From an uncultured Bacteroidales bacterium (GTDB lineage: Bacteria; Bacteroidota; Bacteroidia; Bacteroidales; FEN-979): a DNA stretch of 64,000 nucleotides. The notes beneath the pieces were generated by a model that did no database searches, had not been told where the DNA came from, and was given only the letters and a program-made list of their open reading frames with translations. The stretch lies in the NCBI GenBank assembly GCA_903903985.1, contig CAIVAT010000163.1, positions 9,061 through 73,060 of the forward strand. Reading direction: 5' to 3'. Both the position numbers and the translations under genes were made by a program. Positions 36,235 to 46,406 of the stretch are shown one piece after another. Position 1 is the first letter of the stretch. Each line of letters begins with the position of its first letter.

Positions 36235-38406
36235 ATGAAAAAAATTCTTTTTCTTTCAATCCTCCTGCTCATGGCAGGGCTCTATGCTAATTCGCAGTGG
36301 ACCTGGCAAAACCCGTTTCCGCAAGGAAACCATCTCAATGCATGTTGTTTTACGGATGTCAATACAGGATATGTCGTTGGCAGTGCCGGTACCATCCTTA
36401 AAACCATCGACGGAGGCTCAACCTGGACCAGGCAATTGAGCGGAACTCCCTATACTTTGACATCCGTATATTTTACCGATGCCAGCACGGGCTATGCAGT
36501 TGGTGGATATTTATACAGCATGTACGCCGACCGGGGAGTCATTTTAAAAACGACCAACGGAGGCAGCACATGGTCCGTTTTACCAGGCGGAGCAATCTAT
36601 AATTTAAGATCTGTTTGCTTTACCGATGCAAATACTGGCTTTGCGGCTGGTGATTATTTCCCTGCCGGGGAACTGATGAGATTCGGAGTCATTATTAAAA
36701 CCATTGATGGAGGCTCGACCTGGAATGTTGTTTCAGAATTGGTTGGTGGTTCATTCGCCTCCCTTTCATTTACAGAAGCCAGTACCGGGATTGCTTTGGG
36801 AATGTCGGGAGCTATTTGTAAAACCACCGACGGAGGTTCTACCTGGACCACTTTGCCCAGCGCCACAACATCTGATTTGTATTCAGCCGCCTTTTTTACT
36901 TCAATGACAGGCATTGCAGTTGGTGACAATGGAACCATCATTAAAACCACCGATGGAGGCGCAACATGGAACCATTTAGAGGGCAGGACATTCAGCAGGT
37001 TAATTTCTGTATCCTTTACCGATGACAACACTGGCTATATCATGGGCAGCAATGGAATCATCATTAAAACCATCGATGGAGGCACAACCTGGAGCACTTT
37101 GTCGAATGGTACGTCTTATTCATTGAACTCAGTCTGTCAGGCTGATGCAGATACATGGTACGCAGTGGGTGCTTACGGAACTACCCTGAAAATGACCGGA
37201 AGCAGTTCCTCCTGGCATCCCCTGTCGGGCAGTTTTACCACTGCCGGGTTAAATTCAGTTTTTTTCGTAGATGCCAATACGGGTTATGCAGCCGGTAATC
37301 GCGGAACCATGCTTAAAACCATTGACGGTGGATCAACCTGGGCAACACAGGCAGCCGGTACATCGTATGATATTACTTCCGTTTGCTTTACCAGTAAAGA
37401 TACAGGGTATGCTGTATGCGATTACTATGGAAAAATGTTAAAAACCACGGATGGAGGGGCAACCTGGATTACTTTGCCCAATGTGACGAATTATTGGTTG
37501 AAATCGGTCTGTTTTACCAATGCGGGCATCGGATTTGCGGTGGGTACCCATTATAATCTCGATCATTATGAGTCAGTCATCCTGAAAACCGAAGATGCCG
37601 GAACAACCTGGGCTATCTCACATTATTGGGGAGCTCAGTTTACATCCGTTTATTTTTTCGATCAACATACCGGCTTTGTGTCGGGATACGAAGGAATGAT
37701 CATGAAAACAACCGATGGCGGGACAACCTGGGCCACCATGTCCACCGGTGATATACATGCAGCTTTGAATTCAATATACTTCACCGATGCAAATACCGGG
37801 TACGCCGCCGGAGGACATAACTGGGGTGGTGGAATCATCATGAAAACCACTGATGGTGGAACAACCTGGCTAAATATTGCCAACGGAACCTCCGAAGTTT
37901 TAAAATCAGTTTATTTCACCGGTCCAGGCACCGGTTTTGCGGTGGGAGATAACGGCACCATCATCCGGACGATCAACGGAGGGACAACCTGGGATACTTT
38001 GTCGGTCAAAACAAATAATTCACTGACTTCCGTTTTCTTTGCCGATTCCAAAACAGGGTACATTGTTGGCAATGGCGGTACTATTCTGAAAACCACAAAT
38101 GGGGGTTACGGACTCGGGATAAATGAAAATCAGCAAACAATCGGTGTAAAAAACGATCTGAAGGTTTATCCCAACCCTGCCACGGATAAGATAACAATCG
38201 CACCTTCCGGAACAGGAAGTCTTTTAACGGGCAGCCTCTCAATTTATGGGATGACCGGTCAGAAACTGATCTGGCAAATGGTACAGGCCTCGGTTGTGGA
38301 GATGGATGTAAGCTCGCTTCCGGTGGGAATATACATCATCAGACTTGTAAATGCCGATGATACCGAAATCGGAAAATTTATTAAAACCAGAAGCGACGAG
38401 AAGTGA
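36235..38406 (+). CDS. 14-blade Asp-box (BNR/Ycf48-like) beta-propeller protein with T9SS C-terminal sorting domain
   Basis: 723 aa with a signal peptide. I counted 14 repeats of the form G.I.KT.DGG.TW (2 degenerate). The C-terminal LKVYPNPATDKITI...GIYIIRL.. is a Por_Secre_tail-type CTD. Confidence 0.8.
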   Translation: MKKILFLSILLLMAGLYANSQWTWQNPFPQGNHLNACCFTDVNTGYVVGSAGTILKTIDGGSTWTRQLSGTPYTLTSVYFTDASTGYAVGGYLYSMYADRGVILKTTNGGSTWSVLPGGAIYNLRSVCFTDANTGFAAGDYFPAGELMRFGVIIKTIDGGSTWNVVSELVGGSFASLSFTEASTGIALGMSGAICKTTDGGSTWTTLPSATTSDLYSAAFFTSMTGIAVGDNGTIIKTTDGGATWNHLEGRTFSRLISVSFTDDNTGYIMGSNGIIIKTIDGGTTWSTLSNGTSYSLNSVCQADADTWYAVGAYGTTLKMTGSSSSWHPLSGSFTTAGLNSVFFVDANTGYAAGNRGTMLKTIDGGSTWATQAAGTSYDITSVCFTSKDTGYAVCDYYGKMLKTTDGGATWITLPNVTNYWLKSVCFTNAGIGFAVGTHYNLDHYESVILKTEDAGTTWAISHYWGAQFTSVYFFDQHTGFVSGYEGMIMKTTDGGTTWATMSTGDIHAALNSIYFTDANTGYAAGGHNWGGGIIMKTTDGGTTWLNIANGTSEVLKSVYFTGPGTGFAVGDNGTIIRTINGGTTWDTLSVKTNNSLTSVFFADSKTGYIVGNGGTILKTTNGGYGLGINENQQTIGVKNDLKVYPNPATDKITIAPSGTGSLLTGSLSIYGMTGQKLIWQMVQASVVEMDVSSLPVGIYIIRLVNADDTEIGKFIKTRSDEK

Positions 38407-38424
38407 CAATTGACAATTGACCAA
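38404..38424 (+). repeat. 7-nt tandem repeat forming the whole cargo-kinase spacer
   Basis: tgacaat tgacaat tgaccaa. The first tga is the stop of the propeller gene, and the last unit runs into the ATG at 38424. Confidence 0.85.
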
Positions 38425-40466
38425 TGAAGCCAGCACCATTGTATTTTTGGATAATGCTCATCCTGGCCTGCTGGATCAGTAAAAGTACATTTGCCCAGAA
38501 AGCCATGAGGGACAGTCTTCAGTTGAAAATTTCAAAAATGGCCAGTGATACAGCCAAAGTTAAATTGCTGATAGATTTTAATTATTTTTTCGATGATGCT
38601 GAAAGGGATAGTTGCTTAAAGGTTGCCTACGAACTCTCAAAGAAGATAGGTTTCCGCTACGGACTGATATGGGGCCGGTTTTATGAAGGACGATTGCTTC
38701 TCCATGCAGGCAGGTATGATGAAGCTATTGAAAAATACAAGAGTTGTATTGATGGATTGGACTCATTAGGCTATATACAAAATCTTACTTATCGGCCACT
38801 ATCAGAAATTCGTTGGTTATTTAACCTCGCGGGCAAGCAAGAACAGAAATTTCAATATTATAATGAGAAACTTGCCTTTTACAAAAAGCATGGCCCGATT
38901 GAAAATACGGCGAACTGTTACCATGGAATTGCGGGATATTATGCCTATCTGGGTGACCACGATAAGTCGATCGGGTATTATTTCCGTGCGCGGGATGTCT
39001 ATAAATCTTTTAGCCCTGAAGCCTATGCAAATGAAACTCAAGTCATCGGGTCTGAATACCTGTTATGGGGTAACCTGAACAAAGCTGAAGTTTATCTCCG
39101 GTCGGCGCTGAAAGAATTGAAGCAGTTAAAACTGAATCTGTTTTTTTGTTATCACCAATTGGGTGATCTCTGTTTTCAAAGAAAGGATTACAAAAGAGCC
39201 TTGCAATATTACTTTGAGGGGAAACGGCACATTGCCATCCCTGAGTTACAATTGATAAATTTGGTAAACTGCGCGGCAGTTCACCTCAGGATGAATTCCC
39301 TGGACAGTGCATGGCTTTACCTCGACAGCGCGGAGAAGTTAAGGCAAAGAGACAGGTTGGGGCTTGTTTTTTCGAACGGAAATGCCGAAATTGATTATAA
39401 CCTCTACCTGTATTACGCTGCAACCAGGAATAAAAGCATGGCACTTCAACATCTTGAAGCCGCATTGAAACTAGCAAAGTCATCCAGGTCAATGCCTCTT
39501 GTTTTAAAATATACCAATGAACTTCATACCTGCATGCTTAAAACAGGAGATTCGCTTCAAGCCCTTCGTTACCTGGTTCAATACAAAAACCTCCAGGATT
39601 CTTTGAACGCCAAGAGTACCTATGCCCGGATAGCGACATTTGAAATTGAGCAACTGCAGCAACAAAAAGAGAATGAAATTCAACAATTGCTCACCCAGGA
39701 AGCCACACAACGGAACTATTACCTGGTTGGCGGAGTTTTCCTTTTCCTGGCGGTCATGGCCTTGCTCAGCCGGCTTCGATATAAACGTAAAAGAGACAAG
39801 GAGCAGCTCACCACCGATTTTAAAAGGCAACTGGCCCAGGCGGAAACAAAGGCGTTGCGGGCGCAGATGAACCCGCATTTCATCTTCAATTCCCTGAGCT
39901 CCATCAACAGTTTTGTCATGGACCAAAAGCATGAAATAGCCTCCGAATATCTTATTAAATTCTCGAAACTTATCCGGCTGATACTGGATAATTCACGCAG
40001 CGAAACGATTTCCATCGAAAAGGAGCTGGAAACATTGAAGTTATATGTTTTGCTGGAGAGTGCCCGGTTTGAAAACAGGTTCAAATGCATTTATCAAATA
40101 GCAGATGATGTCAATTCAAGTACCATCATGATACCGCCAATGCTTTTGCAGCCATTCGTGGAAAATGCCATCTGGCATGGGCTGATGCAAAAGGAAACCG
40201 AAGGGACCATTACGGTGGAAATAAAAAAAGAGAATGAAGAATTCCTGAACATTTCCGTCACCGATGACGGGATTGGCAGGGAGAAAGCTGCGTCGTTAAA
40301 GAGCAAATCGGCCACTCACAAATCGCATGGCTTGAAAGTTACATCCCAGCGAATCGACATGATGAACAAACTGAATTCAACCGGCGCACAGGTGGATGTG
40401 CTTGACCTCAAAGATGAAAGTGGCCATCCAACGGGGACCAGGGTAGTGCTGATCATTCCGATATGA
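38424..40466 (+). CDS. sensor histidine kinase 1: signal/TM - TPR-like ectodomain - TM - LytS/YehU-type His_kinase + HATPase
   Basis: 680 aa. N-terminal hydrophobic segment, ~400 aa of helical TPR-like repeats, TM helix YYLVGGVFLFLAVMALLSRL, then LRAQMNPHFIFNSLSSI (His_kinase) and ..VENAIWHG..DDGIG.. (ATPase). Confidence 0.85.
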   Translation: MKPAPLYFWIMLILACWISKSTFAQKAMRDSLQLKISKMASDTAKVKLLIDFNYFFDDAERDSCLKVAYELSKKIGFRYGLIWGRFYEGRLLLHAGRYDEAIEKYKSCIDGLDSLGYIQNLTYRPLSEIRWLFNLAGKQEQKFQYYNEKLAFYKKHGPIENTANCYHGIAGYYAYLGDHDKSIGYYFRARDVYKSFSPEAYANETQVIGSEYLLWGNLNKAEVYLRSALKELKQLKLNLFFCYHQLGDLCFQRKDYKRALQYYFEGKRHIAIPELQLINLVNCAAVHLRMNSLDSAWLYLDSAEKLRQRDRLGLVFSNGNAEIDYNLYLYYAATRNKSMALQHLEAALKLAKSSRSMPLVLKYTNELHTCMLKTGDSLQALRYLVQYKNLQDSLNAKSTYARIATFEIEQLQQQKENEIQQLLTQEATQRNYYLVGGVFLFLAVMALLSRLRYKRKRDKEQLTTDFKRQLAQAETKALRAQMNPHFIFNSLSSINSFVMDQKHEIASEYLIKFSKLIRLILDNSRSETISIEKELETLKLYVLLESARFENRFKCIYQIADDVNSSTIMIPPMLLQPFVENAIWHGLMQKETEGTITVEIKKENEEFLNISVTDDGIGREKAASLKSKSATHKSHGLKVTSQRIDMMNKLNSTGAQVDVLDLKDESGHPTGTRVVLIIPI

Positions 40467-40498
40467 AATGTAACCGAAAAATTCAATTGTTTAACCCG

Positions 40499-40529
40499 AC
40501 CCTTGGAAGGTCCATGACCCTCCAAGGGT
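40499..40529 (+). terminator. hairpin downstream of kinase 1 (weak terminator candidate)
   Basis: 9-bp stem: acccttgga (40499-40507) pairs with tccaagggt (40521-40529), with a 13-nt loop, followed by tttaatt. The T tract is short, so confidence is modest. Confidence 0.4.
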
Positions 40530-40649
40530 TTAATTGATGACATTGACAACTTTTTAGAAGGATATATTTCCTTTTCAAAGACGCAATTTTTCCATTAAAA
40601 AGTGTTTAAATAGGGTTTAGGAATAGAAAAAAATAAAAATCAGGCCACC

Positions 40650-40657
40650 TACCTTTG
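40650..40657 (+). promoter_or_regulatory. candidate -7 promoter box for the S8 protease gene
   Basis: TACCTTTG matches TAnnTTTG and lies 24 nt upstream of the ATG at 40681. Confidence 0.45.
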
Positions 40658-40680
40658 ACATTGTAAACTCTGAAATTAAT

Positions 40681-43600
40681 ATGAAAAAACATTTACACAT
40701 TTTGATCATCGTTTTAGCTTTTTCGGGCTTTGGGATAACGGTTAACAGCCAGACCCGGGTGCCGATGGACAAACCCGGTCCGGAAGCAGTTCGCAGCTCC
40801 ATGGCACCTTCCTTATTGCCTTCTCAATGTGTACAGGGGATGATCACTATTAAACTCAAACAAGGTGCCGGGGAATTCGGCAAACAATCCGGGTCTGTCA
40901 ATTTCGGAATCAAATCCCTTGATGAAAAGGTTGCTTACTACCAGGTTAACCAACTGGGAAAGCGATTCCACTACAACCCTGCAAAAATGCGTGCAGGATT
41001 GCCCGACCTGTCGCGCATCTATAAAATATCCTTTCCTGAGAACTTCCCTCCGGGAGACGTTGTGAAAGCATTTTCAGCGGACCCTGAAGTGGAATATGCC
41101 GAAGTGATTCCGGTGGATCATGTATGCGATGTGCCTGACGACTCCTTGTTCAGCCATTTGCAGCATCTTCCTCAAATCATGGCCCCGCAGGCATGGGCAA
41201 TTCACAAAGGTGAAAACGGGACCGATCCGGTCATCATTGCCATCAACGATACCGGTGTGGACTGGGAACACGTTGATTTGCTCAGCAACATATGGCAAAA
41301 CCTGGGAGAAGATGCCGATAATGACGGACATACCATAGAGTTTATCGCGGGTCAGTGGGTACTTGATCCCGGCGATCTGAATGGTATTGACGATGACCTG
41401 AACGATCGTCCCGATGACCTGGTAGGCTGGAATTTTATAAACAGCAGCGGGAACCCGAATCCAATCGCTGGAAACCCCATGGGATCCCATGGTACTCATT
41501 GTGCCGGGATTGCAGATGCCAGAACCAATAACGGGAAAGGAATATCCAGCATCAGCTGGAATGTGAAGATAATGCCGATATGCGTTGATGCAAACAACAC
41601 ATTGCCGTATGCCTATGATGGCATCATATATGCAGCCGAAAACGGGGCGGATATCATTTCAAACAGCTGGGGAGGAGGTGGTTATTCCATTGCCGACCAG
41701 GAGGCAATATCCTATGCAGCCGGCCTGGGCAGCATCGTGGTAGCGGCAGCAGGCAATGACAACAATTCCCCGCTGTTTTATCCGGCTGATTATCTGAATG
41801 TTATATCCGTTGCTTCTGTCAGTGTGGACGACACCAAGGCAGTTTATTCAAGTTATAACCATGCGGTGGATATCGCGGCGCCCGGTGGTGGCAATGAAGG
41901 CGGAATTCTAAGCACCATTCCCGGGGATGCCTATGGCCTTATGTCGGGAACCTCCATGGCTTCACCGCTGATAGCAGGCTGTTTCGGGTTGTTAAAATCA
42001 TTTCATCCCGGTTGGTCGAATGAACAGCTTATCACGCAGTTGCTCGGATCAGCCGACAACATCGATTCCCTCAATCCCGGTTATGTTACCATGCTGGGGT
42101 CTGGCAGGGTGAATGCCTATCGCATGCTAACAGATCAGAATGTAACAATGCCGTACCTCAAAATCGATTTACTTTCTGTCAGCCCTGCAGATGCAAACGG
42201 AAATGGCATCAATGAAGCAGGCGAAAATGTGATTTTAAATTTCAATCTTCGCAATTGCATGCAAACGACAGGTGCCGGCGATGTAAATTTCACCATAACG
42301 ACAAACGACCCTGATATCACCATCCTCGATGGAACAGGTACCGTAAACATCCCGCCTGATTCTTACTTCAGCATCCAGAATCAGTTGCAGATTCTGGTTG
42401 GAGCCAGCGCAACCAGCCACTTTGCAAAAATGACCCTTCATTTCCAATCATCGTTGGAAATCATAGCAGGCAAGGATATCAATTTCGAGGTGCTGGTTGC
42501 CCCGTCAGGGATACTGGTTTTTGAAGGAGAGGCAGGCGGACAGGACTACAGCGGCACATTCATCGCCGGTTTTCTTGACCATCTCGGGTACGACTATACC
42601 TATACCAATTCCTTTCCTGAACTGAAAGGGTTTGAAACCGTTTTCCTGTCTTTTGGCAATATCGGCGAGTACAGTGATAAAGGCACACCATTAACACAAA
42701 GCAATTCAGCCACATTACAGCATTATCTCGAAAGCGGCGGAAATGTGTACATGGAGATGGGTGGTATGTTCTATTATATTTACAATTATGCGAACAGGGA
42801 TACCCTCAAGCGATTATTTGGCCTGAATACGATTGTTGTGACAAACCTTGAAAATCAGATCGATACGCTGAAGGGGGAAATGAGTTCTCCGATGAAAGGG
42901 ATGGTTTTTGCGGGATCGGATCAGAAATACAACTGGCATATTGACCGGATGACCCCGAAAACCGGGGCGCTCATTGCATTTAAAGAACGCAATTACGGCA
43001 CAGGCAATGTTGCCATCATGTACGACGGAACAGCTGCCGAGGGGCAAAAATCTTTTTACATGGGATACACACTTGCCGCTCTCCGCGACAGGGATACGCT
43101 CACTTCGCGATACAATGTCATGCTGAAAACGATGGATTTTTTTGGTTACACAATGCCCCAGGGATATATACTGGCGAATTTTATCACCGATAAAAAAACA
43201 GGCGGTGCACCCTTGCAGGTTCACTTTTCTGATATCTCGCTCAGTGATTCCGGATACAAGGTAACTTCCTGGCAATGGGATTTCAATAATGATGGTACCA
43301 TCGACTCTTATGAGCAGAATCCGTCCTGGACTTATAATACCGGAGGTAATTACACGGTAAGGCTGATTGCCTCCAACAGGTTTAAATCTGACACTTTAAT
43401 CAAGGCAGGACTGATCACCGTCAACAGCGGTTATATGGTCTATGAAGGTGTTTCCGGCGGACATGATTACAGCGGCTCTTTTATCAGGGATCATCTCATC
43501 GAAGGATCTTACCCGGTCAAATACCTTACCAAATTCCCGGAAAACCTGGAAGGGTTTTCAGCGGTCTTCCTTTCCTACGGAAACGTATTGTCTGGATGGA

Positions 43601-44334
43601 CACAACTCGATGACCAAATGGCAAGCATGATCACTGCCTATCTTGAAAATGGCGGTTACGTATACCTCGAAGGAGACGTTGCAATGAGTTACGACCAGGG
43701 CGACAACACGCACTTGCACCAATTGTTTGGCCTTTCATCCGCAGTCCTGGGCACCAATAACCCGGTCGATAGCCTGGCCGGACGACCGGAAGCATTAACA
43801 AATGGAATGGTTTTCACTGGTAATAGTCAGAGTTCCAATTCCTATATTGATATGTTTACACCCTCTGTAGATGGCATCACTGCCTTTACTGAAAGCAATT
43901 ACGGCACCGTAGCTGTTCAACAACAAATTCCCGGTAACCGGCGAACATTTTGCTTTTCCTATGCTTTGTCCCGCTTAAATGATGGAGAGCTACCAAACAT
44001 AAGGGAAGTTCTTTTGAACCGGATCATCAATTTTTTCGACATGTATACTGCTGTGCCGGATGGCATTCGATCCGCTTCTTTGCGTTGCAAAGTTTATCCA
44101 AACCCGGTGAATGAATGTGTCACTTTTCAATATTATCTCCCCGAGGAAAGCCACGTAACCCTTGAGATTTTTAATTCCACGGGCCGGAAAATCCTGCAAC
44201 CAGGCATTGGCAATCAAACCAAAGGTGAACATTTTGTTAAATGGGATGCAGCTGGCTTGTCATCAGGATTTTATTATTATACACTCAGGAGCAGGCAACA
44301 GGTGAATACTGGTAAAATAATTATTATCAAGTAG
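40681..44334 (+). CDS. S8 subtilisin-family serine protease with duplicated accessory module, PKD domain and T9SS C-terminal sorting domain
   Basis: 1217 aa with a signal peptide. The catalytic triad contexts are AINDTGVDWEH (Asp), HGTHCAGI (His) and GTSMASP (Ser). The PKD-like segment is WQWDFNNDGTIDS..NYTVRLIASN. The CTD is KVYPNPVNECVTFQY...GFYYYTL. Confidence 0.85.
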   Translation: MKKHLHILIIVLAFSGFGITVNSQTRVPMDKPGPEAVRSSMAPSLLPSQCVQGMITIKLKQGAGEFGKQSGSVNFGIKSLDEKVAYYQVNQLGKRFHYNPAKMRAGLPDLSRIYKISFPENFPPGDVVKAFSADPEVEYAEVIPVDHVCDVPDDSLFSHLQHLPQIMAPQAWAIHKGENGTDPVIIAINDTGVDWEHVDLLSNIWQNLGEDADNDGHTIEFIAGQWVLDPGDLNGIDDDLNDRPDDLVGWNFINSSGNPNPIAGNPMGSHGTHCAGIADARTNNGKGISSISWNVKIMPICVDANNTLPYAYDGIIYAAENGADIISNSWGGGGYSIADQEAISYAAGLGSIVVAAAGNDNNSPLFYPADYLNVISVASVSVDDTKAVYSSYNHAVDIAAPGGGNEGGILSTIPGDAYGLMSGTSMASPLIAGCFGLLKSFHPGWSNEQLITQLLGSADNIDSLNPGYVTMLGSGRVNAYRMLTDQNVTMPYLKIDLLSVSPADANGNGINEAGENVILNFNLRNCMQTTGAGDVNFTITTNDPDITILDGTGTVNIPPDSYFSIQNQLQILVGASATSHFAKMTLHFQSSLEIIAGKDINFEVLVAPSGILVFEGEAGGQDYSGTFIAGFLDHLGYDYTYTNSFPELKGFETVFLSFGNIGEYSDKGTPLTQSNSATLQHYLESGGNVYMEMGGMFYYIYNYANRDTLKRLFGLNTIVVTNLENQIDTLKGEMSSPMKGMVFAGSDQKYNWHIDRMTPKTGALIAFKERNYGTGNVAIMYDGTAAEGQKSFYMGYTLAALRDRDTLTSRYNVMLKTMDFFGYTMPQGYILANFITDKKTGGAPLQVHFSDISLSDSGYKVTSWQWDFNNDGTIDSYEQNPSWTYNTGGNYTVRLIASNRFKSDTLIKAGLITVNSGYMVYEGVSGGHDYSGSFIRDHLIEGSYPVKYLTKFPENLEGFSAVFLSYGNVLSGWTQLDDQMASMITAYLENGGYVYLEGDVAMSYDQGDNTHLHQLFGLSSAVLGTNNPVDSLAGRPEALTNGMVFTGNSQSSNSYIDMFTPSVDGITAFTESNYGTVAVQQQIPGNRRTFCFSYALSRLNDGELPNIREVLLNRIINFFDMYTAVPDGIRSASLRCKVYPNPVNECVTFQYYLPEESHVTLEIFNSTGRKILQPGIGNQTKGEHFVKWDAAGLSSGFYYYTLRSRQQVNTGKIIIIK

Positions 44335-44345
44335 ATGGCAAGACC

Positions 44346-46406
44346 ATGAAATCTGCCATCGGCCATTTTGGAATAGCCTTACTTCTGATTATTTTTTTCA
44401 GTTGTACCGGTTATGCCATGCCAACCGTTGCCGATTCACTTCGGTCGCAGATTCCCAAAGAAAAAAATGATACAATTAAAATAAAACTCCTGATCCGCCT
44501 TGCCTTGCTCATAAATGTCGGACAGGATGAAATGACGGCTTGTTTAAAGCAGGTCTACGAACTGTCGAAAAAACGACATTACAGGGAGGGGTTGATCTAT
44601 GGCCGCTATTATCAAGGGCTTATACTTTGGGACAACAATAAACTGGACAGCGCTTTCGATAAAATAAAAAGTGCGATCGATGGGCTGGATTCTTTGCAGG
44701 TCGTTCAACTGATGAACAATTCTCCGCTTCACATGATGCGGCTTTTGTTTTATGAATTAGGCAAACAAACAGAGCGGTTTCAGTATTATTCAGCGAAGGC
44801 TGCTTTCTACAGAAGATACGGCCCGCTGGAAAACACAGCGTCATGCTATCATAGCATTGCCGGGTACTATTACTCACTGGGAGATTATGACAAGGCCATC
44901 GAATATTACCTTCGTGCCAGGTCTGCTTCCAAATCGGTGGATGCATACGGGTATGCATCCGAGAGCGCGATCGTCGGCAATATGTACCTGTTGTGGGGCA
45001 ATTTACAAAAAGCCCGGCAATACCTGGAATCAGGGCTGAAAGATTTTCTTATTATTGATAATCCTTCCATGATCACCTACATTTACAATAATCTTGGTGA
45101 TCTCTCATTGAAACAGAAAGAATACAAGCGTGCGCTACAGTATTATTATGAGGAGAAAAAATATTGGCCGGATATTCAAAGTCAGTTTATTGCCCTGAAT
45201 ATGGTCAGCATTGCCGCAGTTCACCTGGAGATGAAGAACACCGACAGTGCCCGCTTCTATCTTTCGTCGGTTGAAAAAATGGAAAAAAAAGGTAAATTCA
45301 ACATTGTTTCCAACCACGGTCCCCTGGAGCTAGACTATTGCAACTATCTCTATTTTAGGGCCACGGGTCGTCAGGGGCAGGCGCTCAGATCGCTCGAAGT
45401 GGCGTTAAAAAAGGCAAAGGAGGACAAGAATCAACCCCTAGTTTTAAAATACACCAACGAGCTGCATACCTACCTGCTTGGCAGAGGTGATTCATTGCAA
45501 TCGCTTCGATACCTGGTGCAATACCAGGCAATCCAGGATTCGCTGAGTAATATAAATTCACAAGGCAGGATTGCAGCGTATGAGATTGAACAACGCGAAC
45601 AAATCCAGGAAAATAAAATTGAGCAATTGCAGGCGCAGAAAGCCATACAACGCAAATATTACCTTGCGGCCGGTTTATTTTTACTGCTGATCGGCCTGGC
45701 CGTATTCAGCCGGCTCCGCTATAAACGAAAACGTGACAAAGAGCAACTCGTCACAGAATTCAACAAACAACTTGCCCAGGCGGAAACCAAAGCGCTGCGG
45801 GCGCAGATGAACCCGCATTTCATCTTTAATTGCCTGAACTCTATCAACAGTTTCGTTATTGACCAAAAACATGAAATAGCCTCCGAATACCTGATCAAGT
45901 TTTCAAAACTGATACGCCTTATCCTGGATAATTCACGCAGTGAAACCATATCCATGACAAAGGAACTGGAAACATTAAAATTATACGTCTTGCTTGAGAG
46001 TGCGAGATTTGACAATAAATTCAGGTGTCTGTACCACATCGGTGAAGATGTGGATACCAATTCAATCATGATCCCACCGATGATCCTGCAGCCGTTTGTT
46101 GAAAATGCCATCTGGCACGGACTGATGCAAAAAGAAACGGATGGTACGATCATCGTCGATATTAAAAAAAAGAACGAGGGTTACCTCAATATTTCAGTTT
46201 CGGATGACGGGATCGGCAGGGACAAGGCGTCGACATTAAAAAGCAAGTCGGCCACCCATAAATCGCATGGACTGAAAGTTACCTCCCAGCGGATTGAGAT
46301 GATGAACAAACTGAATACCACCGGTGCACAGGTGCAGGTTATCGACCTCAAAGATGAACACGGCCTGTCAATGGGAACCAGGGTGGATCTGGTTATTCCG
46401 ATATAA
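44346..46406 (+). CDS. sensor histidine kinase 2 (full-length paralog of kinase 1)
   Basis: 686 aa with the same architecture as kinase 1. TM helix YYLAAGLFLLLIGLAVFSRL. Long identical peptide stretches with kinase 1 include QLAQAETKALRAQMNPHFIFN, EIASEYLIKFSKLIRLILDNSRSETIS and KSKSATHKSHGLKVTSQRI. Confidence 0.85.
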   Translation: MKSAIGHFGIALLLIIFFSCTGYAMPTVADSLRSQIPKEKNDTIKIKLLIRLALLINVGQDEMTACLKQVYELSKKRHYREGLIYGRYYQGLILWDNNKLDSAFDKIKSAIDGLDSLQVVQLMNNSPLHMMRLLFYELGKQTERFQYYSAKAAFYRRYGPLENTASCYHSIAGYYYSLGDYDKAIEYYLRARSASKSVDAYGYASESAIVGNMYLLWGNLQKARQYLESGLKDFLIIDNPSMITYIYNNLGDLSLKQKEYKRALQYYYEEKKYWPDIQSQFIALNMVSIAAVHLEMKNTDSARFYLSSVEKMEKKGKFNIVSNHGPLELDYCNYLYFRATGRQGQALRSLEVALKKAKEDKNQPLVLKYTNELHTYLLGRGDSLQSLRYLVQYQAIQDSLSNINSQGRIAAYEIEQREQIQENKIEQLQAQKAIQRKYYLAAGLFLLLIGLAVFSRLRYKRKRDKEQLVTEFNKQLAQAETKALRAQMNPHFIFNCLNSINSFVIDQKHEIASEYLIKFSKLIRLILDNSRSETISMTKELETLKLYVLLESARFDNKFRCLYHIGEDVDTNSIMIPPMILQPFVENAIWHGLMQKETDGTIIVDIKKKNEGYLNISVSDDGIGRDKASTLKSKSATHKSHGLKVTSQRIEMMNKLNTTGAQVQVIDLKDEHGLSMGTRVDLVIPI

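Noticed and set aside
36235-38406. Regularly spaced ~140-nt repeats, considered as a possible CRISPR-like or tandem-repeat array
   Set aside because: The repeats are in frame within one long ORF and encode Asp-box propeller blades. The 'spacers' are also coding and homologous to each other.
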